A DNA stretch of 64,000 nt, taken from positions 191,850-255,849 of the forward strand of contig NW_008246118.1 of NCBI RefSeq assembly GCF_000281045.1. The letters run 5' to 3'. Numbering within the stretch: position 1 is the stretch's first letter; each line of letters opens with the position of its first letter. The position numbers and the translations under genes are program-made. This DNA is from Saprolegnia diclina VS20 (Eukaryota). The notes under the pieces are model-generated. The model saw nothing but the letters and a program-made list of their open reading frames with translations. It was not told where the DNA came from and did not search any database. Shown in pieces: positions 47,607-59,494 of this stretch.

Positions 47607-49682
47607 ATGCGCCTCGCATCGCTCTTGCTGCTAGCAGCTGCGACCACCGACGCCTGCACGGTCGTCGCCGTCACCAAGGGCGCGTCGGCCGACGGCGCCT
47701 CGTTGACAGCGCACACGGACGATGCCGGCTGGTCGACTGCGGATGTGCGCCTCGTGCACGTGCCCGCCAAGGACCACGCGCCGGGCAGCAAGCGCCCAGT
47801 CTACGACTTTAACGGCGGCTACCCGCGCCTCGTGGCCAAGGAACGCGGACCACACTACGCGCCTGTCGAGGTACATGTCGCTCGCTTGCGTGGCCTCACG
47901 CCTGAATGTAGGGCCAAGCGCTTACGACGCCACTGGGATTTATCCCGCAGGTCGAGCACACATACGCGTACTTTGACCAGGACTATGGCATGATGAACGA
48001 AGTGCGCCTAAGCATCGCCGAGAGCACGTGCTCGGCCAAGACGGTGGGCTGGCCTTCGAGCAAGCCGTTTGGCTACAACCTCTTTGGCATCGCGGAGCTC
48101 TCCAAGCTCGCACTCGAACGCTGTGACAGTGCCCGCTGTGCCGTCCACACCATGGTACTTTTACATACCATTCAACCATCACACTAGCACCGCCTTATGC
48201 AACTATATCTAGGGCGAGGCGGCTGTCCAACACGGATTCTTCAGCGAGGACAGCGGCGATCCGGCGGCGCCCGGGTATGGTGACTCGGCCGAAACCCTCG
48301 TCATCGCCGACAAGTACGGCGAGACATGGGTCTTTCACGTCCTCACCGGTACGTCTCCGTCTCTCTCACCACACTTGACACATTGATATTTAGGACCCCA
48401 GAACGCCAGCGCAGTCTGGGCAGCGCAGCGTGTGCCCGACGGCCACGTGACGGCAGTGGCCAACTTCTTTACGATTCGGACGCTCAACCTCTCGGACAGC
48501 AACTCGTTCTTGGCGTCACCAAACGTCGAGTCGTTTGCGCAAGAGATGGGGTGGTGGCACCCAACGGACGGTCCATTTGACTTTACAAAGGCATACGCTT
48601 TTGCTGTGCCCGGTCCCATCTTGTCGCTCTACGCTGGCCGTCGCATTTGGCGCATTTTCGATACCTTTGCACCGTCTCTGGCTTTGGATTCGACGCTCGG
48701 CGCTCGGGTCGAGTTCCCGACGTACCCATTCTCAGTCAAGCCCGACGCGCCTGTGTCCCTCAACGACGTCATGGAGCTGCTCAAGGACCACTACGAAGGC
48801 ACGCCGTACGACATGACCAAGGGCGTTGCTGCCGGGCCTTTTGGATCGCCCGTTCGGTACGTCGCATCGTCATAAACGTACAGTGCTTGACGTTTCGAGT
48901 AGCTACGACGGGCCGCATGTACTCAAGGGCGGCTGGGAGCGCGCGATCTCCATGTACCGCACCATGTTTAGCTTTGTGCTTCACGTCCACGGTACATATC
49001 TCCTACGCTGCAATCAGATCTCAAAATGTCCTTAGGTCATGACACGGTCCCGGACGATGGCCTCGGTGGAACGCTCTGGTACGGTCAGGGCTCGCCCCAC
49101 GGCACGGTCTACGCGCCCTTTTCGTGCGGCCAGTCCAAGGTCCCCGACGCGTACCTCCGCGGGAAGGAGAGCGTCTTTAGCACCGACAGCATGTGGTGGG
49201 CCTTTGCATTCGTCAACAACTGGAGCCTTTTGCGCTTCAGCGTCATCAACGCCGACGTCCGGCTCGAGGCGCGCAAGTGGCAGGACGAGGCGTTTGCACT
49301 TCGCCAAAATCTCTCGGAGAGCGCGTCGGTTGACGAGGTGGAAGCGGCCACGTTGGCGTATGCCACCAAGCTCTTTCACGGCTGGTGGGCCTTTGCGTAC
49401 CGCCTCATTGGCAAGCACAGCGACGGCTACATTGCGAATGGTGAGGGCGACATGCAAGTCAACGGGTACCCACTGGAGTGGCTCAACACGACCGAGTACG
49501 TGCTCTGGCCCGGCGACTCGTTCAAGAATGCACCGCCCGGCGCCGTGCTTTTGGCCTCCTTGAACCACCAAGGGAGTTCGATGGGTGCCAACGTCCTCTA
49601 CGTGCTGCTCGGCGTCGGGCTCGGCGTCGCCATCATGTCGATGCTGCCGACCCGACGCCACCACTACCACAAGCTGCCGTAG
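47607..49682 (+). CDS. Peptidase family C69 (secernin/dipeptidase, Ntn-hydrolase) A, type I membrane
   Basis: Signal peptide followed by the nucleophile A-CTVVAV, AHTDD, MNEVRLSIAESTC, ELSKLALERC, VWAAQRVPDGH, DHYEGTPYDMTKG, and a C-terminal TM. About 5 introns. Confidence 0.9.
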
Positions 49683-49758
49683 TGTACGTTAGAGACAAGA
49701 CAAAAGCAATGATTGTTGAAGTCTTCATGTTGGTATATTGCAAGGGCATTGCCAGATC

Positions 49759-51867
49759 TTAGTCGAGTTGCATGTAGTGCAGACGCCGCTTGGTCTGGAG
49801 TCGGTACATGAGGGCCATGCCAAGGACGAGGCCGACACCACCGTACAGCACACCCATCGTCATCGATGACAGCACCGAGGAGGTCGCGTCCAGCTGCGTG
49901 GGCGGTGGCTGGAACGACTGGCCCGGCCACGCGCGGTACTCGGAGGCTTGGAGCCACCAGGCGGGGTACCCGATCGCGCGCATCTCGTCGGGGCCTTCGC
50001 CCGTTGTCGCGTACCCGTCGGTGTACGTGCTCACAAGGCGCCACGCGAGCGCCCACCACTCGCGCAGCAAGTTGTCGGCGGCATTCTGGTGCCATGTAGC
50101 AAAAGCCCGCGCGTCGATGGTCGGCGCCGTCGCCATGAGCGACTCCTGAAGGCTCTTCGCCACGCGTCGGACATCGGCGTTCATCACGTCGTAGCGAAGC
50201 GCGCACCAGTTGTTGACGAACGCGTGCACCCACCAGAGGCTGCCGGCGTCAAAGCGGCTCTGTGTACCGAGCAGATACGGCGTGGGGACCGTCGTCTGGG
50301 CACTGGAGAACGGAAGGTACACGGTGCCATGAGGCGCGCCTTGACCGTACCAGATGAAGCCCCGTGACGCAGCATCTAGTACATAGATGCAATTGTTTGT
50401 CGGAACAAAAGCGGGGACTATAATACCTGGAAACACTTGGTGGACAAAGCTGTAGAGCGTCCGGTGCATTGAGATCGAGCGCTCCCACCCACCCGAGACA
50501 CCGTGGGCCGGTGAGTCGTAGCTAGAAGCACGCCAATTTAGCTAAAGCTGTGGCAGAAACTGGTACCGCAAGGGCGATCCAAAGGGCCCGGCAGCAACGC
50601 CCTTGGTCATGTCATACGGCGTGCCTTCGTAGTGGTCCTTGAGCAGCTCCATGACGTCGTTCAGGGACACAGGCGCGTCGGGCTTGACCGAGAATGGGTA
50701 CGTCGGCGTCTCTGGGAGGCTCCCGAGCGTCGAATCCAAACCAAGAGACGGAGCAAACGTATCGAAAATGCGCCAGATGCGACGGCCACCGTAGAGCGGC
50801 ACCACGGGACCCTCGACGGGCTGTGCGTACGCCTTTGTAAAGTCAAATGGACCGTCCGCTGGGTGCCACCACCCCATCTCTTGCGCAAACGACTCGACGT
50901 TCGATGACGCCAAGAACGAGTCACTGTCCGAGAGGTTGAGCGTCCGAATCGTAAAGAAGTTGGCCACCGCCGTCACGTGGCCGTCGGGCACACGCTGCGC
51001 TGCCCAGACTGCGCTGGCGTTCTGGGGCCCTGAATATCAATGTATCAATGTGTCAGCGGGGTGAGAGAGACGGAGACGTACCGGTGAGGACGTGAAAGAC
51101 CCATGTCTCGCCGTACTTGTCGGCAATGACGAGGGTTTCGGACGAGTCGTCGTACCCGGGCGCGGATGGCTCGCCGCTGTCCGTGCTGTAAAACCCATAT
51201 TGGACGGCGGCATTGCCCTAGACACGTGATGTCTAAGGCACATGATTCCCAGTTCACATCAAACTACCATGGTGTGGATGGCACAGCGGGCGCTGTCGCA
51301 GCGCTCGAGCGCGAGCTTGGAGAGCTCCGCGATGCTAAAGAGGTTGTAGCCAAACGGCTTGCTCGCGGGCCAGCCCACCTGCAGGTCGAATGAATTTCAA
51401 GCTGAAGGAACACGACAACGCTACCGTGCGGGCCGAGCACGTGCTCTCTGCGATGCTGAGCTGCGCTTCGTTCATGAGGCCGTACACTTGATCAAAGTAC
51501 GCATACGTGTGCGCCACCTGCGGGATAAAGCCCAGTGGCACCATCGGCGTTTGGCCCTATCACCACGATATTCTTCGTCGACTTGGAGTAGAAGAGTTAC
51601 CTCCGCAGGCGCGTAGTGCGGTCCACGCTCATGAGTGACGAGGCGCGGGTACCCTGCCGTGTAGTCGTACACGGGGCGGGTTGCATTCGGCGCGTGGTCC
51701 TTGGCCGGAACATGCGCCACACGGAGGTCCACGGCGCCGCCGCCCGTATCGTCCGTGTGCGCTGTCAGCGAAGCGCCGTCGGCCGACGCACCCTTGGTCA
51801 CAGCAATGACGGTGCACGCGTCGACAGCCGCGCCCGCGAGCAAAAGCAAAGGCAGTGCACGCAGCAT
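49759..51867 (-). CDS. Peptidase family C69 B (convergent paralog), type I membrane
   Basis: Same motifs (A-CTVIAV, MNEAQLSIAESTC, DHYEGTPYDMTKG) and a C-terminal TM. Confidence 0.9.
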
Positions 51868-51909
51868 GCTTCGTGTTGGCGATTGACACCCATGGCGATC
51901 TTATTGGTT

Positions 51910-51955
51910 GTACGGTGTACTGTACGACATGTTCGTGTACGAATGTACGTTGTAC
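51910..51955. promoter_or_regulatory. GTAC motif cluster (6 copies in 46 bp) upstream of C69 peptidase B
   Basis: GTAC at 51910, 51917, 51922, 51937, 51945 and 51952. Confidence 0.6.
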
Positions 51956-52199
51956 GACTTGACTTGGATCCAGAATGACCAGCCACAGGGTTGCCGCCTT
52001 CAACTGCGAGCGACCGCGCGGTGGCGCCTTCAAGGTGCAGCGATTGGCTCGCGGAATGAATCTCAAGAATCTTTGAGATAGATCTTTGAGATGGTCGCAG
52101 TGTACGGTATCTCGGACGTACTTTTTGTTGGCGCAACCAACCACCGCCCCATCTCAACTCTGTGTAGTAGTAGTGTGTCAATGACGAACTCTGCGCTCG

Positions 52200-52249
52200 G
52201 TGGCAGCCAAGGGATATAATAACTAGATATTATATCCCTTGGTGGCAGC
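52200..52249. mobile_element. 34-bp TIR-only element flanked by an 8-bp direct repeat
   Basis: GTGGCAGC [CAAGGGATATAATA actaga TATTATATCCCTTG] GTGGCAGC. Confidence 0.55.
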
Positions 52250-52606
52250 GCTGCCACAGTGCACGAAGAAGAAATGTCATATTGGCGTCAAGGACTAGGC
52301 AGTTTACAGCCTTGCGTTCAACTGACGAGCGATCGGGGGCTGTCATCCATTGTCGCATCAGAGAAGTGCTGTTCTCTTGTAGAAGCCTGGATGGACGCCA
52401 CGACCTGTGCGACCTTGAGGTCGTCCGATTCTACCACGTCGTCTCGTGCAGGATACCGCTGGATTGGTAGGAGAGCGTACGCTCGGACGAGTCTATGCTC
52501 TCGCTGCCAACGCACCACGTATACCTGTACATACGAATTCGCATTCGGGGTTAGGGTAGCACAAAATTGATGTACGAGTGTACTACGGACGTGTTATAAG
52601 GCTCTT

Positions 52607-54560
52607 CTAGATAAAGTGGAGGCCGAGACCGAGCTGCGCACGCTTGACGCGGTCCTAATGTACACATTATGTTTAGTTTGAGGACAAAGGACAATATCAC
52701 GTACGCCCGCGAGGGACTTGAGCACCCACGAGTAGTTGGCTTCGAAGCGGCCAAAGCGCGTGCCCATGACGACACCGACGCCGGCCGCCGCGCGCGTTTC
52801 GCTCAAAAGGTTCTTCATCCACGCGCGCTCGTCGAGGACGCGGTCCCAGCTCATGAGGCTGCCAGCGTTGCAAAAGACGTGGCCGCGGACCCCCAAGATC
52901 TACATGCCATCAGATTCGCGCATCTCAAATTCAATCGTACCGCCAAGAGCGGCAACGGGAACGGGAACCCCAGGCTCGCGCACGCACTGTAGTAAAACTC
53001 GCCGCCGAGCGCATCGCCGGTCGCGACACCGCCATCGTCCGGGTTGGCCCGCGGACCCACGCCCTACGACCGGTAAGAAGAATACGTCAACATGTGCGGA
53101 CAAGTACCTTGTGGTTGAAGCCGCGCAGCGTGAGCGGGCCACCGAGGAAGAAGCGGTCCGAGATGCGCGCGGGCTGGTGGCGGTCGCTGCCGTACGACTT
53201 GACCGCGCCTGTGTGACGCACGACGCGTCAGACTCAGATCATAGTGGGAAATGATGCTGCGTACCAACGCGCGACGAGAGCGAGAGGTTGAGGATCGGGT
53301 GGTTGTACGCCACGGGGCCGATCGGGTAATGGCGTTGCACTTCGACTTCGCCCTTGACAAACTAAAAAACAGAATTTAATACACTGCAATTTCGCGCATT
53401 TCGTCGTACGTTGACGTCGCCCCAGAGCCCGGCCACTTCCAAGCTACGCCACTTTGTATTGGCCTTAGCTACGTCAAAACGTCGTACCTCGTGCGCAAAA
53501 GCCGACCGGCCGTCGGGAGCGCCGTGTCATTGCGTTGGTCATCGTTGTAGACATACTAGGAAGAAGTTAGTCCAAACGAGCTAAAGTGGGTTTGATACCT
53601 TGATGCTGCTCTTGGTTGATGGTTCGGCCTCGGCCATGATGCTGGGCGACGCAGCGTACGTCGACGGGATCTTCTTGTTGCGGACCGGCACAATGTCACG
53701 CCAGCCAAGGTTGAGGGCGAGCTGTATCGACCATACAGTTAGACCTCGCAGGCGGATAAGAATAAGAACACCTCGTGGCGGGACTCGTCGTCCGTGAGCG
53801 AGACAGTGCCACCGCGGAAGCGTTCGTGGTACGAGCTGAACCGGTCGTGGTTGAGCACCTCGTTGACCGCGTTGGCGTTGAGCCAGAGAGGCAGCCCCAA
53901 AAACTTGGGCTTGTGGTACGACGCCTTTTGCGTGTCGCTGCCAAACTGGCCGTGCGACGCCGAGAGTTCAATGCGCTCGGCGTGCCCCAGCGGGTTGGTC
54001 AGCGTGCACGTCGTGTTCTAAGTTCATAGCCTCATGACGTCTGCGATGAGCGAGCGACCACTGTACCGCCGTGCCTTCGTGCCCGTCCGAGTTGACGCCG
54101 GCGTACACGGACGCCATGCCCAGCTCCTTGACCGTGATCGTCACGTCCGCCTCGTTGCGGTTGCCACCCGGCGCTAAGCCCACCGAATGAATCCACTGCC
54201 ATGTGCATCATGATCGCACCAGTGTCGATCAAGATGTCGACCGACTCGAAGATGCTGAGGTTGCGCAGCTCCTACGCATGCTTCGCATGCTGCCACAAGC
54301 ACAAAAACGCAGCGCACCTCGGCGGCGTGGTTCAACGACTCGGCGACGCCAGCGAACGAGCTCGCAGCGTACGCAGCCTACACAGTCGGGCGTGGCCATC
54401 CTCTTGTTGCAAGCCTACCTGCAGCTCATGCTCAAAGATCTCGGGGCTAGGCAGCCATGAGAAGACGATAAGGCGCATGCGACGGCTACCTCGTGCGCTT
54501 GTTCCCGCGGACAGTGACCTGCCGAATGCGCAGCGGCGGGCTTTCGCGACGGGCGTCCAT
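52607..54560 (-). CDS. SAMM50: Mitochondrial outer-membrane beta-barrel assembly protein SAM50/Tob55 (Omp85 family), multi-exon
   Basis: POTRA-like start (IRQVTVRGNKRTR), ADVTITVKE, DRFFLGGPLTLRGFN...DALGG, GVGVVMGTRFGRFEANYS, and a C-terminal beta-signal QLGLGLHFI. Confidence 0.88.
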
Positions 54561-55564
54561 GCTGCTGCGATTTTTTATCCGCCACCAACCTCCGGCCCGT
54601 ATCCGGTGGATTGCGCACCGCATCCGGATGTTCAGTGGCTAAAAGCACGCACATTGCACGCCACGCCGACATCGAGTCCTGAATCAAGTTTGTGCAGGCA
54701 CCGTAGCGTTGAGCTCTGGTAGCTCTGGCACAACACGTCGCCGCATTCGCACGCCTGGGATATTGGGCCAGCTTGGACCGAAGGCGGTGGTGTGTTTTTA
54801 GATGGCCCAAGGCTCCCAAAGACGTGGCTACCGTGCGCATCACCGCGATGCACGGTGGGCGGAGCCGACTCCCGAATGCACCCAACTCCCATGACCATAG
54901 CGAGCTTCTTCTTTGACCATTCGACCAAATTCATTCGACGCCGCCATGAATGAATACGTAACCATGCGCAGTGGCGCGCGTCGGAGCAATCACATGTAAT
55001 GGTCGGCCGATGCCGCTGTATTGCCTTCTTCAAGTACGGTCTCGGCCGCGTTTGTGCCAGATGGCGGACGAGCAACGTCAAGCGCCGTGGACCGCACGTC
55101 CACGCCCAGACCCCCATAGCCACCGTACTTTTCTCCATGGCATGTTGACTCCTAGCTAGCAATCGATGCAGATGATGCCGACAGTTCACGCGCCGTGGAG
55201 CGTATGGATGGCCACGTCCTCGAGCGTGGCGCTGCCCACGTCATCCCACCCTGGGCAGAGGTTCGCTACTTGCTTAAGCGAATTCCACGTCAGCAGCGCC
55301 ATCCCGATCACACTGGCGCCGCTGTGCCCGCGTATTTGCAGCCGGCGAGAGCGCACCAGCCTATGCCGCGAGAGTCCACGGCCACGCCTTGCCCGAGGTA
55401 AAGGGCGGCCCGACGCACGCACGCATGGACGCGCCAAGCACCGCATGGGCTGTCTCCAGGCCACCAATCAGGAACAGCGGCGCGTGCCAGCTGGTCTGAA
55501 GCAAGGTCGTCCCAAGCCTCAGTCATTTGAGCATTGGTCGTCGAAGAAGAAGACGAAGACGCTC

Positions 55565-56667
55565 ATGGCCGGCTTCAAACCCAACGTCTTCCTCCACGTG
55601 CCGATCGTGATCGCGTACTTTGCGCTCATCGGCGTCGTCGTGCACCTCCTCGACAGCGCGTACCTCCCGCTGCTCATTGCGTCCGTCCTCGGCGTCGCGG
55701 TCGCGATCCATGTGACCAAGGGCTTCTTCCGCGTCTTCGGCGGCTGGCTCTCGGCCAACTACCTCCGCCACCTCGGCGACCCGCTCCGCAAGCCAATTGC
55801 TATGAAGAAGTTCTGCGACCAAGGCTGGTTCCTCGTGCTCCACACGGTGCTGACGCTCGCGGAGCTCGTTGTAATGGCCGACGAGACGTGGTGGCAGGAC
55901 ACGAGCAGCTGTACGTATACTCAATGTCGCTTCGTGTGCTCATGATTGTCGATTAGGCTGGGACTACACGTCGGTGACCGGCGCCTTCCCCGCCTACAGC
56001 AGCGCCGTGCACACACTCTACGTGTTCCAGCTGGTACGACTACGATCTGAGAGACTTTGCTTGACGCTCACGATGCGAATGACATTAGGGCATGTACATT
56101 TACGTGGGATTTTCGTGTGAATTCCTCGAGGAGAAGCGCAAGGACCACCTCGTCATGATGGGCCACCACGTCGTGACGATCTCGCTCATCATCTGGAGCT
56201 ACGCGGTCGGGTACCTCCCGATCGGCGTCATCGTCATGTTCTTGCACGACATCTCCGACATCCCGCTCGACTTTCTCAAGATGGTCAACTACCTCAAGCT
56301 CGAGAATCGCGAGGGCTGGTTCATCACCGAGTTTATGTTCGCGTTCACGCTCATCCAGTGGGTGTACTTCCGCGTCTACCTCTTCCCGACCAAGCTCATG
56401 TACTCGACGCTCTACGAGATGCGCGCGTCGTGCATGGACCCGATCGCCGCGCTCGACTTTTCCATCTTGTTTCCGTCGCCCGGCCCGACGCACTGGCTGT
56501 GGTTCAACACGCTTATTGCAGCCCTGTACACGCTCCACATCTGGTGGACGTTCCTCCTCATGCGCCTTCTCTACGGTGTGCTCACGGTCGGCCCCAACAG
56601 CGCCAGCAAGGATGAGTACGAAGGCCACTCGTCTGACTCGGATGCGCCCAAGACCAAGCACGACTAG
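55565..56667 (+). CDS. Ceramide synthase (LAG1/TLC family) A
   Basis: KKFCDQGW, Lag1p motif RKDHLVMMGHHVVT...LHDISDIPLDFLK, WVYFRVYLFP. Two introns. Confidence 0.92.
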
Positions 56668-57304
56668 ATCATGCCGTTAACCCTGTAAATTTGCATTTTG
56701 AAGTGTCAGCTTCAATCACACAGAGAGCAACGCTCCGCACGATGCCGGGAGAAGAGGTCTTCTCAACTCAGTCCTCAGCTGAATGATCGAGCTAGTGTCA
56801 TGAAGTTGATGACCTATCCACTTGCCTCTATAGCTGCCCGATGCAAGCGAGCGATCTGGCAGCTTCGTCCAGATCTAAAAGCGCATCAAATGCCAGAAGC
56901 GCAGAGGTTCCTAGAGTCAGTCGAAAGCGAAGTTGTTGCCACCCACGTCGGTCCAAGCCCCATCATCAGCTCCGTGACCCTGCGGTCCAGTTGAGAAACC
57001 GGACTGGACGAACACCTTCTGTGGTGTCTGATTGGTCGGATTCAATTCCTCTAAATGAGTACATTTGGAGCTTCCTCGCACCCATGTCGCACCCCGGAAA
57101 GAGGAATTTAGCGCGGCTACCATGCGACGCCCGGGTCCCTTGCGATGATGCGCACTGTGCGATGATTTGATAGTGATGCGAATAGACGACGCAGATAGAA
57201 CAGGCCATCCGCAGAGCCGGGTCGATTGACAGGGCGCCCTGTACTCATTTAAGGAAACCTAGTTGAAGGCGTGGGCACATGACGCCAGATCCCAACTCGC
57301 CAGC

Positions 57305-57838
57305 ATGCAGCCTCGCCTCATCCTCGTCCTCGCCGCGATTCTTGTCGGCGTCAATGGCCGCTCACAGTACGTCGCGCGCCTCCCCAACGGCGAGAACATC
57401 CCGGGCGTCAGTGCCATCGGCCACGTCAACCCGAGTGGTGGCGGCGCGCGCAACGCCTTTGGCAGCGACTTTGGCGCGAATGGGCTGACGTGGAACCCTG
57501 CGCTGTGCCAGCTCGACTCGGACGGCGATGGTGCGACCAACGGCGAAGAGCTCGGCGATCCGTGCTGCACATGGAAGGCTGGCGCGGCGCTCACGTCGAC
57601 GGCTGCCCCGACGCACCCCGGCCTCAAGAATACGTTCACGACGGCGCAGCTGGCCTCGCTCAAGTGCGCTTTGTCCAATAACAGCACGACGTCTCCGTCG
57701 GCGGGCGGCAGCAAATCGGACTCGAATACCGCGGCTCCGTCCGTGACGTACCCGACGCCCAAGTCCACGTCGGGCGCCGTCTCGTACACCGTCGCCGCCA
57801 CAACCCTCGTCGGGGCTGTCGTCGTCGCCCTCTATTAA
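57305..57838 (+). CDS. Temptin-like protein, copy 3
   Basis: Signal peptide, LCQLDSDGDGATNGEELGDPCCTW, S/T linker, hydrophobic tail. Confidence 0.82.
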   Translation: MQPRLILVLAAILVGVNGRSQYVARLPNGENIPGVSAIGHVNPSGGGARNAFGSDFGANGLTWNPALCQLDSDGDGATNGEELGDPCCTWKAGAALTSTAAPTHPGLKNTFTTAQLASLKCALSNNSTTSPSAGGSKSDSNTAAPSVTYPTPKSTSGAVSYTVAATTLVGAVVVALY

Positions 57839-58886
57839 CTTGAAAAATGAACAATTTTGTCGGTATTGAACCCAAGTCAGAGCGTGCTAGCGTAATACGA
57901 CTGGTGTGGAGAGTCGCAGGATACCCGTTCGTTGCGAACGGGCTGTCCCTATGTGCTCTGGGCACGTACGACAGCCTCGGTGGTTCCCGCTCAGACGTCG
58001 CGACTCAGACAGTGCTTCGCAAGGTGGCTCGAGCACCGTCACACCTCACCCAGCGCCAGGCCAAAGATGCGTCAAGAGGAATCCAGGCGAGCATAACACA
58101 TGCGGTGACGCCATGGCCTGGCCAGTTCGCACGAAAACAATTTTTCAAAATTCCCGAGACGACCTGGGAACTCCATTTTGAGCGCCTTGCTGCTACATCG
58201 CTACTGTGTCCCGGTGAGTAGCCAAGACGCGGCTTTTTATTCCGTAGTGATGTGCGGGGAGCGGTGGTACGCTGACGTCTGAGTGCGCGTACCGGTACAG
58301 GCGCTAACGTTGGCTGCAGGAATGTGTGATCGGGTCCAACGAAGTCATCTCGCAACTCAGATGGCAAAAAAGGAGCGGCATCGGCTCCATGCGACCTGAT
58401 TTCTGAGTCTATGGCGCAGCCAACCAAGTACTGAACGACGCCATGCTAGAAACTGGAACCGAGGCTGGTAACACAGAAGCAACTTCTTCAACCAGTGACC
58501 TCGTGCGCCTCGACAGCGGTCATGCACTAGCACTCAGTTCTCCGAGACTATATAGAGGTCGGGAACAGGGATACGGCAACCAAGCTTTCTTCAGAGGCGG
58601 GTGCAGTCTCGAGCCGGCGCGATGTACCCACGCCTACAGTACGTGCTTCGAATGGCACCAGCTTGCACTCGCACAGAACGCGCCAGATTCGGGGCGAGAA
58701 CTTGACCACAACAGCAAGAGCATCTATGCGACAAATGTCACTGGATCGTTCGTTTTGATGGGACCCCACGTCATACGAGTCGCACGCGTATACAAATAAC
58801 AAGTTATATAGAATGAAGCGACCCACGTGGGCCCCATTCAAAACAGATGTTGTAAAGCGTTCGTCGTGATGGCCATCCCGCTCTTG

Positions 58887-58905
58887 CCTCATTCTGCAAT
58901 TTGCC
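58887..58905 (+). promoter_or_regulatory. Canonical oomycete INR+FPR core promoter
   Basis: CCTCATTCTGCAATTTGCC ending 16 nt before ATG 58922. Confidence 0.7.
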
Positions 58906-58921
58906 AAACGCCTCTCACACC

Positions 58922-59494
58922 ATGAAGTCGGTTCTCTCGCTCGCTGCGCTCTGCCTCCTCGTGCCGTCGGCGTCCGGCTACGGCAAGTTTGTTGCCCTCC
59001 TCCCTAACGGCAACAAGGTCGCTGGCACGGCCGCGGTCGGCCACGTCGACCCCAGTGGCGGCGGCGCGCGCAACGCCTTTGGCAAGGACTTTGCCGCTAA
59101 TGGCCTAGCGTGGAACACGGCGCTGTGCAAGCTCGACTCGGATGGCGACGGCGCGACCAACGGTGAAGAGCTCGGCGATCCGTGCTGCACGTGGACGGCC
59201 GGCGCGGCCCTCACGTCGACGGCTGCCCCGACGTCGCCGGGCACGAAGGACACGTTCACGACGGCGCAGCTGGCGGCACTCAAGTGCGCTTCGGCGCCCG
59301 GTGGCAACTCGACGGCCAAGCCTGGCAACTCGACGACGACAATTGTGACGACCAAGCCGTCGTCGACGACCGCGTCGTCCACGGCCACGACGGCTCCGTC
59401 GGCGACGACGACCAAACCCGCGGCCAGCAGCGCAGCGATCACGTCCGTGTCGTTGACGCTCGCGGTTGCCGCGGTGTGGACCGCTGCCCAGTAA
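58922..59494 (+). CDS. Temptin-like protein, copy 4
   Basis: Signal peptide, LCKLDSDGDGATNGEELGDPCCTW, long Thr-rich stalk, hydrophobic tail. Confidence 0.82.
   Translation: MKSVLSLAALCLLVPSASGYGKFVALLPNGNKVAGTAAVGHVDPSGGGARNAFGKDFAANGLAWNTALCKLDSDGDGATNGEELGDPCCTWTAGAALTSTAAPTSPGTKDTFTTAQLAALKCASAPGGNSTAKPGNSTTTIVTTKPSSTTASSTATTAPSATTTKPAASSAAITSVSLTLAVAAVWTAAQ

Noticed and set aside
54632..55500. Short ORFs between SAM50 and ceramide synthase A (also 56700-57200, 57850-58800, 59550-60600)
   Set aside because: No coding-like codon bias or recognisable domains. Decayed elements cannot be excluded without a search.
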